Shown in pieces: positions 37,066 to 46,945 of a stretch of 47,674 bases of DNA. The notes beneath the pieces were generated by a model that saw only the letters and a list, made by a program, of their open reading frames with translations, made no database searches and was not told the origin of the DNA. A program made the translations under genes and the position numbers. The DNA is from Prorocentrum cordatum (lineage: Eukaryota): positions 620,001-667,674 of the forward strand of contig CAUYUJ010000148.1 in the NCBI GenBank assembly GCA_963575745.1, written 5' to 3'. Positions within the stretch are counted from its first letter, which is position 1; the number at the start of each line of letters is the position of its first letter.

Positions 37066-38420
37066 ATGTTGCCGCCACCCAGGCCCCCGCCGATGCGGCC
37101 TCCCGACAGGGCCCCGCCGATGCGGCCTCCTGCGCTGCGCTGCAAGGCTGGGCCGAGGCCACCACCGGGGTCGCCGCCCGTTCATCTCAGAAAGAAGGTG
37201 AAGCTGGAGCCGACGCCGCCTCCCGGGCCGCCGCCCTGTCATCTCCTCAACAATGCGGTGGGGGATCCATACCTCCTCGCGGAGCCGGGCCTCACGGAGG
37301 CGAAAGAGGTGGAGGAGCATGACTACCAGCAGGAGGGCCAGTACCAGCAGGGTTACCAGCAGGGCTACCACCACCAGGGCTACCAGCAGGGCCAGCGCCA
37401 GCAGGGCCAGGACCAGCAGGGCTACCAGCAGGACGGTGACCAGCAGGGCCTGGACCATAAGGTCCAGCACCAGAAGGCCCTCGCGGAGGCGAAGGAGGAG
37501 CAGGCGGCGGAGCCAGGCCTCGCGAAGAAGGAGCCCGACCTCGCGGGGTTCGTGAAGGCGAAGGCGAAGGAACTGGCCCTCCTGCTAGCCCTGGGCCAGC
37601 AGGGCTACCACCAGAAGTGCCAGGACCAGCAGGGCTACCAGCAGGGCCAGCACCAGACGGGCCAGTGCCAGCAGCAGGGCTATCAGCAGGACGGTGACCA
37701 GCAGGGCCTGGACCAGAAGGCCCAGCACCAGACGGGCCAGCAGCGGGGCCTCCTCGCGGAGGCGAAGGAGGCGGCGAAGCCAGTACCAAAGGGCCAGTAC
37801 CAGCAGGGCCTCGCGCGAAGAAGGAGGACCCATACCAATCGCTGGAGGTGCTGATGCGCGAGGAGAAGGAGGCGGAGGCCCAGTGGTCGGATCACCAGAA
37901 AAATTCACAGGCGCGGGTGGCAAGGAGAAGCGACGCCCCCACCGCCAGGGGGGCCACCTCCAGCGAGGATGCCCATGATGCCCCTGCCCAAGGCGGGGAT
38001 AATATATCCCCGCCTCGGGGAGTAGGGCGGTGATAGTATATCCCCGCCCTCTGGCTCCTCGCGCTGTTGGTCACTGGTGGTGGTGGTGGTGTCAATTCCC
38101 TTCTCCTCAGGCTTGGGCGCACTCTTGGCGTCGCAAGTTGTACGAGGACGGGGGAGGACAACAATACAGGCAAGCTCCCCCCTCTGCCCTTATATCCCCG
38201 CCCCCCCCCCTCGGAGGTGGGGGAAAGGGAATAGGGGGCAGGGTGGGGGCCTGACAGGGAAAGGGGCTTCCCATCTACCAATTGCACGGCTACTTCGAGG
38301 ACTGGACCGGCGTCGCGCAACGCATCATGGAGAAGAGGACGGCCGCAGAGGGGCGGCTGAGCCGCATGGCACTCGACGCCCGCGGCAGGCGCGAGATTCT
38401 AGAGGCGGACATCGCCAGGA
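37066..38420 (+). pseudogene. Pro-rich/Gln-rich repeat protein of unknown function; frameshifted and probably multi-exon
   Basis: ORF 37066-37854 contains QQGYQ/QQGQ repeats and duplicated LAEAKE blocks. An extra CG at ~37813 shifts the frame away from AKKEDPYQSLEVLMREEKE. A putative GC-AG intron 37911-38110 leads to AWAHSWRRKLYE, then GKGLPIYQLHGYFEDW from 38258. Confidence 0.5.
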
Positions 38421-38827
38421 GGGCGGGAGGCGCCTAAGCCTGTTTGTGCTCCTCCCTCCACCTCCGCCTTTCTGTGCGTGCGCTGGCTGTGCCAGCCTTC
38501 CCGCGGCAGAGGGAGGAGGAGGAGGAGGATGAGGGGGATGAGGAGGATGAGGAGGAGGAGGGGGGAGGCGGAGGTGGATGGGGAAAGGGGCAGGAGAAGG
38601 AGGAGGGAGGGAGGGAGGAGAGCGACGAGGAGAGAGAAGGAGGAGGAGGAGGAGGAGGGAGGAGGAGGAGGAGAAGGAAGTCAGTTCAGACATTCAGAGA
38701 ATTTAGCAGCCAGCGGCTGCGGCTTTTTAGCCAGAAAGATCGTTTCGTCGTCGTCGTCGTCGTCCTCCTCCTCCTCCTGCTGGTGCACATCCTCCTCCTG
38801 CTCATCCTCCTCCTCTTCCTCCTCCTC

Positions 38828-39020
38828 ATACATGCATACATGCGTACGCATACACATACACATACACACATGCGTATGTATGTATGTATGTGTACATATG
38901 CATGCGAATACACATATACACACACACTCATGCGTATGTGTGTATGTACACACCCACATGCACGCACACTTACGTATGCGCATATGCCCGCCGCCGCCAT
39001 CATCGTCGCGTCGCCATCGC
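38828..39020 (+). repeat. (TACA/TATG)-rich direct repeat, copy 1 (copy 2 at ~39905-40070, extended by a microsatellite from 39735)
   Basis: Both copies share 'cacacactcatgcgtatg...tacacacccacatgcacgcacacttacgtatgc.catatgcc.gccgcc'. Confidence 0.85.
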
Positions 39021-39364
39021 ATCGCACGGGGTGGAGTATGATTATCATTGTGATTATAGTATATTATAGTCATGTGTTGATGATGATGATGATCGATGAT
39101 GATGATCGATGATCGTCATGATGATGATCATGATGATGATGATGATCATGGCTGATGACCATGATGATCAAATGGTAGCGACTTAACAGACACGGGGGGG
39201 GGGCTGACGATGGCGACGGTTGAAGATGGCAAAGGAGCGTTGACGTTTTCTCACGCCGGCCCCGACTGTCTGAGTCGCAACAGACACCACTCAGAGCCCC
39301 GACGGGCGGCGAATACCAGATACCTTAAAGGCCTGATTCCAGGACCGCTGGCAGAAGTCGCCAG

Positions 39365-39716
39365 CTGACGAAACCCCGATCGCGCGCGATCGGGGTTTCG
39401 TCAACATTGAGCGCTCAATGTTGACGAAACTCGGTGCGCGCGCGCTCCTGGGCGACCGGTGGACGTTGACGAAACCCCGATCGCGCGCGATCGGGGTTTC
39501 GTCACACCCCGCAGGGCCCGCGCACCGAGTTTCGTCAACATTGAGCGCTCAATGTTGACGAAACCCCGATCGCGCGCGATCGGGGTTTCGTCAGGCTGCT
39601 GGGCCGCCCCGCGCCTCCGCGCATACCCTTAAGGGCGCCCTAAGCCCACCAAGTTTCGTCAACATTGAGCGCTCAACGTTGACGACACCCCGTTCGCGCG
39701 CAAACGGGGTTTCGTC
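39365..39716. repeat. Nested perfect-palindrome array
   Basis: 38-bp palindrome A (TGACGAAACCCCGATCGCGCGCGATCGGGGTTTCGTCA) at 39366, 39467 and 39556. 36-bp palindrome B (GTTTCGTCAACATTGAGCGCTCAATGTTGACGAAAC) overlaps the outer A copies. 76-bp perfect inverted arms lie at 39365-39440 and 39519-39594, and a degenerate B-A copy at ~39653-39716. Confidence 0.97.
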
Positions 39717-40079
39717 GGGTTGATGGGCCTCCCTATGTATGTATGTATACATACATACATACCCTATGTATGTATGTATATACATGTGTATGTATGTATA
39801 CATACATACATACCCTATGTATGCATGTATATACATGTGTATGCATGTGTGTATGTATACATATACACATGTATGTATGTATGTATGCATGTATGTATGT
39901 ATGTATACACATACATACATACATACACACATGCGTATGTATGTATGTATAATATACATGCGCATACACATATATACACACACTCATGCGTATGCATGTA
40001 GGTACACACCCACATGCACGCACACTTACGTATGCACATATGCCGGCCGCCGTTCATCGTTGCGCGCCGAGGCGAGGCG

Positions 40080-41270
40080 TCATGCAGAACTGCTGCCTCT
40101 CCGCCACGGGTCAGCGAGCCGCTTGAAAAAACCAGCCTGCACAAGAAGGTTTCTCGTGAGGCGGCCGACGACGCTGACAGAGAATGCATTCCCGATCATC
40201 TGAGCGTACTGGCGGGGACTGCACGCGTTCTCGTAGTTGATGCGGCCCGGGGGGATCCCTTGAAGGCGCTCGAGCTCGTTCAGCGTCATGAATCGGTGCT
40301 TGGCAAAGATCCAGAAGCCCCCACCGCCAGACCGGTTGCGCGTCAAACACGGAGCGTACCCCCAGCCGTATTGCGGCGACCTGGTCTTGCCGCAGTCAAG
40401 CTCGGCGATGAGCATGTTGGTCTTGGCGAATATGTCTTGATGTTGAGACAGTTTGTCCACCAGGCGGGTGAAGTTGTGGATCTGGTAGTCATGGACTGGC
40501 AAGGTGCCGAGCTTGTCCGAATGCTTGTCCAAGATCTGTTCGATTGGCGTGCATGGGATCTCGCTCGGCCAACTCGTGTGCACATTGGACTTCTTGGACA
40601 GCGCTCCTGTGATGTACAATCGGCGCCGTGATTGCGGCAAGCCACCGACTTTCAACGTGTCGAGGACGGACATGCTCACAGTGTACGCGGGGGTACCGTC
40701 GGGGCCTTTGAGGCTGACGAGAAAGTTCAAGATGGCATTCAGCTCCTCCTGGAACCTCTGGTGAGTCAGGGCCTCAACGTTCTCCAAGATGAACACCGTC
40801 GGTAGCTTGGTCTGGATGTAGTTTAGGGCGAAAAACACCACGATGCCTCGGCCTTGAGGATCTGCAATCCCCGCGTGGATGCCCTGCACAGAGAATGGCT
40901 GGCAAGGGAATCCGATGATGTACAAGTCCACCCGCGGGACCGCCGCGTTATCGCGGGTGGTTATGTCTCCATAGAGCACGCACAAGTCGGGGTGGCTGGC
41001 AATGATAACCTTGCGCGTGGCGAAGTCAATTTCCGATGCGAACACGTGCACAATGGAGTTGCCAATGCCGAGCAACTCCAAGGCGAGCTTAGCAATGTCG
41101 ATGCCCGCGCAATCACTGCCGAACAGAATCTTGCCATCCGTTTCGCCCGTCAAGACCACCCTCTCAAGATCAATGTCCCGGAGAACGACGACATCTGGGG
41201 CCTTCCACTTCTTGCCGGCGCCGCGCGAGTCTGAGACGGCAGGCTTCCTTGTCGTGACCGGCGGCGCCAT
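40080..41270 (-). CDS. DNMT: C5-cytosine DNA methyltransferase (396 aa; a probable original 449-codon frame from ATG 41429 is interrupted by TAG at 41279-41277)
   Basis: Complete motifs: I GSDCAG, II FASEID, III GDIT, IV GFPCQPFS, VI ILENV, VIII PQSRRRLY, IX RFMTLNELERLQG, X QMIGNAFSV. The gene is intronless. An in-frame upstream basic extension reads MDDWSMLVIDTPPQQRKPKAKAAPKPKA...KKS*. Confidence 0.95.
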   Translation of the reverse strand: MAPPVTTRKPAVSDSRGAGKKWKAPDVVVLRDIDLERVVLTGETDGKILFGSDCAGIDIAKLALELLGIGNSIVHVFASEIDFATRKVIIASHPDLCVLYGDITTRDNAAVPRVDLYIIGFPCQPFSVQGIHAGIADPQGRGIVVFFALNYIQTKLPTVFILENVEALTHQRFQEELNAILNFLVSLKGPDGTPAYTVSMSVLDTLKVGGLPQSRRRLYITGALSKKSNVHTSWPSEIPCTPIEQILDKHSDKLGTLPVHDYQIHNFTRLVDKLSQHQDIFAKTNMLIAELDCGKTRSPQYGWGYAPCLTRNRSGGGGFWIFAKHRFMTLNELERLQGIPPGRINYENACSPRQYAQMIGNAFSVSVVGRLTRNLLVQAGFFKRLADPWRRGSSSA

Positions 41271-41469
41271 CGAGCGCTAGGACTTCTTGATCGGAACAGC
41301 GGCTGCTGGCGACTTCCGAACGACGAACTGCGCCGGGCGCCCGTTGGCCTTGGGCTTCGGTGCCGCCTTGGCCTTGGGCTTCCGCTGCTGGGGCGGCGTG
41401 TCTATCACGAGCATGGACCAGTCGTCCATGGTTTAGACTGGGCGAGCTCTCAGTCCAAAGCCCGCTAGG

Positions 41470-41491
41470 GTAGAGCCAAAACGGGCCACGT
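41470..41491 (-). promoter_or_regulatory. Relic spliced leader upstream of the DNMT
   Basis: ACGTGGCCCGTTTTGGCTCTAC (core TTTTGGCTC), 40 nt before ATG 41429. Confidence 0.5.
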
Positions 41492-41975
41492 CCATCGTCG
41501 CCATCACGCATAACCATCATCACCATCATCGATATTATCATCATGATCGCCGTCGTCGTTCGTTGCATGGCGTTGCCATCGTCGTCGTCGTCGCGAGTGC
41601 AGTTTTTGGGCTCTCGGGCACCCCCCGAAGCTCCCTCCTCCTCCTGAGCCCCCTCCCCCTCCCCCTCTTCCCCCTCCTCCTCGGACACCCAGCGGAGGAT
41701 GGCCCTCGATCCTCGAACCTCCTCGCTCTTCGGTCCTCTCGCCCCCGTCCCTCCTCGGAGCAGCGGCGCCCCTCCTCGGAGCAGTGACGTCTGTGAGGGG
41801 CTCGTCACACGATCAGAAGAAGTCCGAGCAATGGTCGGAGGAGAGCCGTTTGAGACAACGGCAGTGATACAACGGCGGCCCAAATCCGCTCAGAATCGTT
41901 CCCCAGGAGGAGGGGGAGGAGGAGGGAGGAGGGAGGAGGAGGAGGTAGGAGGATGAGGAGGAGGAGGAGGAGGAG

Positions 41976-42732
41976 GAGGAGGGAGGAGGGGTCCCCGCAG
42001 GGCTTTTTTCCCAACATCCTGTGGTGTTGGGTCCTCGTTTTGAAGAGACAGCGCCCCGCGTTCCCACCTTCTTCCCGCTGCCCCCTCCCTCCCCCCATCT
42101 TCATCACTTCGTCTTAACAGCTTCGGAAATTACACGGATGGAGGTCGCTTTCCCAACCACCCTGTGGTGTTGGGTCCTCGTTTTGAAGAGACAGCGCCAG
42201 TCGGGCTGGCTGGTTCGGCCTCGTTTAACGTTTGTTGGCTGGTTCGGCCACAGGGTTCGCATGCTCCCCAACACCCATTTTGGGCAATCAGCCTTGGACA
42301 TATCATCCGTTGTTACGGATGGTCGTGTCGAAGTCTTCTGAAGCTGGGCGGGGGTGGAGCATGGGTCAGCCGAAGCAGCTGAGGGTGGATGGGTCAGCCG
42401 AAGCAGCTGGCACGGATTATGCCTTAGAGGAGATGGCGGAGAAGAGGAGGCGGACGAGAGGAGAGGATGCTCTTGTCCTGCACACGATGGCCAGGGAGGC
42501 GGAGGGGAGGAGATGAAATGAGGCGGTGGAGTGGAGAGGAGAGGAGGGAGGGAGGAGGGACGGAGGGAGGAGGGAGGGAGGCAGAGGAGGATGCGGCATT
42601 GATTCAAACTGACTAGTAGGTAGGTAGGAGGAGAAGGATGAGGAGGAGGAGGAGGAGGAGGGGGAGGAGGAGGAGGAGGAGGGGAGGGAGCCAAGCACAC
42701 CTCGCGTTTCCTGGGGTTCCGCTTAAAACCGC
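41976..42732 (+). repeat. ~750-bp direct repeat, copy 2
   Basis: Near-identical to 34412-35160; lies between the divergent DNMT and ORF 42975. Confidence 0.95.
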
Positions 42733-42974
42733 CCCACCAGCAAAATCTTGTCCTCTGGGCGTCCTGTCCGGTGTTGGTCCTCCTCCTCCTCCTCACCCTC
42801 CTCCTCGTATAGCCATTTGGGCTTTGTTTTTCAGAGCTGCGAACCTCGGCGGGTTCCTGCTCGCGCCCCGGCGGGCTGCGCGCCTGCGAGCCTCCGCCGG
42901 CCCGGCGCGCGACGGGTTCCTGCTTGCGCGGCGCGGCCTTGGGCCTGCGACGCGCGACGACGGAGCCTTCGCCG

Positions 42975-44390
42975 ATGGAGGTGTTCACCAGCAAGCACAA
43001 GAACTGCATCGACGACGTGTTCTACTTCCCCCTAGTGTCCTATCGCTTCCGGGAGGACTGGCTGGTGAAGAAGTGCAACCCCTCCTCGGTGAAGAAGTTC
43101 GGGGTGTTCTTCCGAATGTTGTTCATGCGCGACGGCATCACCTTCCCCGCGATGGCGTCGAAGGAGTACCTAGAGCTGGTGTGTGCGTCTCCGGAGGACA
43201 AGGCCTGCAAGCAACAGCATCGTGGCGTGGTCAGGCGCTTCGCCAGCTGGTGGGAGGACGGGGGTGGCAGCAAGCTGTGGCGTGACAGGGCGACCGTCTC
43301 TGAAGACCTCTGGCCGAAGTTCGGCGACGAAGGCTCCTGGAACCTTATGGGCCCCCGCACGCGGACCAGCAGGACAGCGTCGCCAGCGCCGGCGTCGCCA
43401 GCGCCGCCAACGCCGACCAGGAGCGAGGGCGCCAAGAATGAGGGCAGCGGGACGGCTTCGACGGCGCGGCCTCCGCCCACGCCGCAGCAGGCGACTCGGG
43501 GGCCTCCGCCCACGCCGCCGCCGGCGACGCCGTCGTCGACGGAGTCGTCCGATTCTTCTTCGGACTCGGAGTCATCGGAGCTCTCGGATTCTCCGAAGAA
43601 GACTTCAGGGGCGGCGGAGGCGCCGCCGTCGCCTCCAGGTCCACCGGCGCCACCGGCGCCATCGGCGCCACCGGCGCGCGCGGCGCCAGCGGGCAGCGGG
43701 CGCCCGCAGTCCCAGGGCCCGGCGCAGATCCTTGCCGACAAGCTCCTGCACGACGACCTCCAGCACCTCGGCGCTGAGTTCGTGTCCATCAAGATGGGCA
43801 TGATGAAGGAGGTCTTCAACAGCGAGGAGCGCTTCCAGTTGTGGCGCCGTACGTGGCCGAGTGTCAAGGAGTCGCGCGAAGAGATACAGGCCACGCTCAA
43901 GCACCTCGAGAACTTGTACGGCATCACCGAAACGTTGAAGGAGAAGCACTACAAGTTCGGGCAGATGGCGCTCGCGGGCAGGCTGGTGCACCCCAGCATC
44001 ATGTGCGACAATCAGCGGCCCGCGCAGCCTCCGCCGTCGAGCGCGCTGGCGGGCCCGCCAGGCCCGTCGAAGCTCAAGAAGCGGAAAACCGACGCCACTT
44101 CGAGCTCTGCGGGCGTTTCCAAGAAGAAGCGGAGCGTCTCGTGGAGCGACGGTATTCAGACAGGCGACGGCAAGGGCCCGACTCTCGAGCAGAAGTGGAG
44201 CGTGGCCAGCCTGAAGAGGTGTGAGCCGCTCTGGTGCGCTCAGCCGGGGTCTCATGTGCCGTGCGATAGGTGCCCGGCCTACGTCTCCGGAAGCGTTGGT
44301 ACTTTGGTGCCAATAGGCTCGAGGTCACAATTCGCCTCCGAAGAGTTCCTCTGCTCCCAGCGCAGCGCTCCAACAGCAGCAGCGCAATAG
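42975..44390 (+). CDS. Unknown protein (471 aa): globular N-terminus, Pro/Ser-rich linker, helical domain, basic NLS-like patches, C-terminal Cys cluster
   Basis: Long intronless ORF with strong GC3 bias; KLKKRK and SKKKR; CDRC...FLC; weak SL-like TAGCCATTTGGGCT at 42810-42823. Confidence 0.7.
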   Translation: MEVFTSKHKNCIDDVFYFPLVSYRFREDWLVKKCNPSSVKKFGVFFRMLFMRDGITFPAMASKEYLELVCASPEDKACKQQHRGVVRRFASWWEDGGGSKLWRDRATVSEDLWPKFGDEGSWNLMGPRTRTSRTASPAPASPAPPTPTRSEGAKNEGSGTASTARPPPTPQQATRGPPPTPPPATPSSTESSDSSSDSESSELSDSPKKTSGAAEAPPSPPGPPAPPAPSAPPARAAPAGSGRPQSQGPAQILADKLLHDDLQHLGAEFVSIKMGMMKEVFNSEERFQLWRRTWPSVKESREEIQATLKHLENLYGITETLKEKHYKFGQMALAGRLVHPSIMCDNQRPAQPPPSSALAGPPGPSKLKKRKTDATSSSAGVSKKKRSVSWSDGIQTGDGKGPTLEQKWSVASLKRCEPLWCAQPGSHVPCDRCPAYVSGSVGTLVPIGSRSQFASEEFLCSQRSAPTAAAQ

Positions 44391-44809
44391 CCCTGGCGCC
44401 AGACGGTTCCGGAGGAGGCGGCGAGGAGGAGGATGAGGAGGAGGAGTAGTTCGTTCAGACATGATTCAGGTAATTCAACAGCCAGGGCAACGGCGTCGGC
44501 TTTCGCCGAAAAATCGCATCGTCGTCCTCTTCTCTCCTCCTCCTTCTCCTCATCCGTCCGCCCCCCCCCCCCTTCCTCCTCCTCCTCCCACGGGGGCCGA
44601 GGAGGAGTAAGCTCTTGGGGCTCCTTTGGGAAAGGGGGTCTGAGAGGTCTCTTGGGGCCGTTGCAGGCGCCGCATGGCTCAAACAAGGTGGGGGAAGTAC
44701 TTAATTCAGCCCCCCCCCCGGAGGCTCATCATCAGAGAGGGGGGAAGCGGGGAGGTGGAGGAAAGGATGCCGTTTTTCTGCACGCGATGGCCGAATCAGC
44801 CAATGTTAA

Positions 44810-46501
44810 TCACATAGCGTGTTGCCAGCACTCGCTGGCGTTGGCGCTGGAGCTGCTGGCCCGCTCCGCCCACGAAGCGCTCTGGCAACATGGGGAGCGC
44901 AAAGAATATGGACAGTACACACCAGGCAAATTGATGTGACAAGATGCGCACATAGGGGTTACCACGCGGCGCACACATGCTGGACTCGGGCGGATCCGCA
45001 TGGCGTGCTCCATAGCCCTCTTGTACTTCTTGTAGTTCCACCCGTCGTTGCACCGCTCGTTGCTGGCCCACGTGCTCCACGGCTTCCAGTCACCACTGCG
45101 GCGTGAAAGTTCTTCTGCCATACCCTGCACCTGGGCCTCCAACGCGCGGAAGTTGTTGTGAAGCGCCTCGTCCTGTTCTCGACGTTGTCGTAGAGCGTCG
45201 CTGACTAGCACCTGCTGCTGTAGCCGTTCCTGTGTTGCGCGAAGTCGATCCTCCTCAGCGCGAAGAGCTGCAATGCGTTCTTCATGTTGTCGAACTTGCC
45301 CAGCAGCTCGTTTTTCTGCTTCTTCTTGCTGTCGGATGCGTTCTTCATGTTGTCGAACTTGCTCAGCTCGTTCTTCTGCTTCTTCTTGCTGTCGGATGCG
45401 TTGTGCATGTTGTAGAACTTGCTCAGCAGCTCGTTCTTCTGCTTCTTCTTGCTGTCGGATGCGTTCTTCATGTTGTCGAACTTGCTCAGCTCGTTCTTCT
45501 GCTTCTTCTTGCTGTCGGATGCGTTTTTCATGTTGTCGAACTTGTTCAGCTCGTTCTTCTGCTTGTTCTTGCTGTCGGATGCGTTGTGCATGTTGTCGAA
45601 CTTGCTCAGCTCGTTCTTCTGCTTTTTCTTGCTGTCGGAGCTCCTCCGCATCGCGTTGCGCTTTAGCGTCTGCGGCTGCCAGTTCTTCTCGGAATTTGAT
45701 TTCGAGACGGCGTGCTTCTTGACGACGCCACTCATCATCGTCATCATCGCGTTCACGCCGGGGGACAATCAGTGGCGAACCCCACGTGGACGTTAAAGGC
45801 CTTGTAGATGATGCTAGCCATTTGTCCAGCTCCTGTCGGACGCGCTCCACCGTTGTGCCAGAATATCGGCGATGCGGTGGGCCTTGCTGATCGAGCCAGG
45901 CCCACACGCCAGGACCGTCCACATGCGGCAGCTCAAAGAGACGGGCGACTTCTTGCCACGAGCCAGCTTCGCGCATGCACTCGCGCAAGCTTTTTGTCAT
46001 CCACTTGTTATTCATGACTGGCCTCAGTTCAGTGAACATCACCAAGAAGCCCTTCTCTTCGACGATGTTCGCCCACATGTTGTCATCGTCGTGCACCATC
46101 GACCAAAGGCATTCGATGTCGTTGTCGATGTGGTGCGTGAGTCCCAGTCTGGAAGCGATAGCGCCCTTGCCCTTCTCGCCACTCTTCCGCTCGCACAGAT
46201 GTAGGTGGTTCAGCGGCATGCCCATCTCGACGAGCCCTGTCTGCTTGATGAAGCGCACGGGCCACGCCTCAACGTGACCGCGCTTCTTGTGGTACGACCA
46301 CCACGAGCCACGTTGGGTGCGACTCACGATGCACAGGTTCTCCAGCCCATGCACCATGCCGAACAACAAGGCGAACGCGAAAAAACCTCGCGTTACTGCC
46401 ACGTAGATGTCGTCGCCCTCTGGCTTCTTGTCATCACCGGTGTCCCTGGTGCTCATGACGTCGCCAAGATCGACGCCAACTTTGACCGCGGCGCGTGCCA
46501 T
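44810..46501 (-). CDS. HAD-superfamily-like domain plus coiled-coil repeats plus C-terminal Cys-rich Zn finger (563 aa)
   Basis: VGVDLGDV (motif I variant), LCIVSR (II), KGAIASRLGLTHHIDND (III/IV); about six 20-21-aa repeats EERAEQVRQHEERIRQQEEA (~45270-45640); CASCHINLPGVYCPYSLRSPCC. Confidence 0.7.
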   Translation of the reverse strand: MARAAVKVGVDLGDVMSTRDTGDDKKPEGDDIYVAVTRGFFAFALLFGMVHGLENLCIVSRTQRGSWWSYHKKRGHVEAWPVRFIKQTGLVEMGMPLNHLHLCERKSGEKGKGAIASRLGLTHHIDNDIECLWSMVHDDDNMWANIVEEKGFLVMFTELRPVMNNKWMTKSLRECMREAGSWQEVARLFELPHVDGPGVWAWLDQQGPPHRRYSGTTVERVRQELDKWLASSTRPLTSTWGSPLIVPRRERDDDDDEWRRQEARRLEIKFREELAAADAKAQRDAEELRQQEKAEERAEQVRQHAQRIRQQEQAEERAEQVRQHEKRIRQQEEAEERAEQVRQHEERIRQQEEAEERAAEQVLQHAQRIRQQEEAEERAEQVRQHEERIRQQEEAEKRAAGQVRQHEERIAALRAEEDRLRATQERLQQQVLVSDALRQRREQDEALHNNFRALEAQVQGMAEELSRRSGDWKPWSTWASNERCNDGWNYKKYKRAMEHAMRIRPSPACVRRVVTPMCASCHINLPGVYCPYSLRSPCCQSASWAERASSSSANASECWQHAM

Positions 46502-46675
46502 TCTCCAACGGCTTGCGCTCCGAGATCAGGTCGACAGCCACAATCTCCCGAAACGCAATCTCCAGCGCACAGAGTCACGCAATCTCCAGTGCTTCGAAGT
46601 GGGCACGCCACCATATGAAGCTGGGCCGAAGGGGGCGGCCCGCGGGATGGCCAAGGGGCGGCCCGCAGGATACGA

Positions 46676-46697
46676 TTTGAGCCAAAACGGCAATGGA
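46676..46697 (-). promoter_or_regulatory. Relic spliced leader upstream of the HAD-like gene
   Basis: TCCATTGCCGTTTTGGCTCAAA, 18/22 to DinoSL. Confidence 0.75.
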
Positions 46698-46945
46698 ATG
46701 AATGGAGGATGAGGTGGAGGAGGAAACGTGAGATGTTCTGAACACGCTGGCCAGCGTGGGCCTAGGCGTTTCGACAGGCGGCCGCGCGGTGGCGACCCCA
46801 GCGCGGGCGTTCGAGGGTGAACTCGGAAAGCCGCCGGTCGTCCAAGGTTGAACGATCGACGCAGTGTCAGGATCCAACACCGACTTCATCGCAACATCAA
46901 GGTGAACGCCGACGCCTTGAACGATCGACGCGGTGTCAGGAACCA

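Noticed and set aside
39365..39716. CRISPR array interpretation of the palindromic repeats
   Set aside because: The units overlap and are arranged as nested inversions without regular unique spacers; there are no cas genes and the context is eukaryotic.
38681..40203. C/V/Y/M/H/T-rich ORFs
   Set aside because: They are translations of TACA/TATG microsatellites.
34412..42732. LTR retrotransposon interpretation of the ~750-bp direct repeats
   Set aside because: No TG...CA termini, PBS, gag, RT or integrase were recognised between them.
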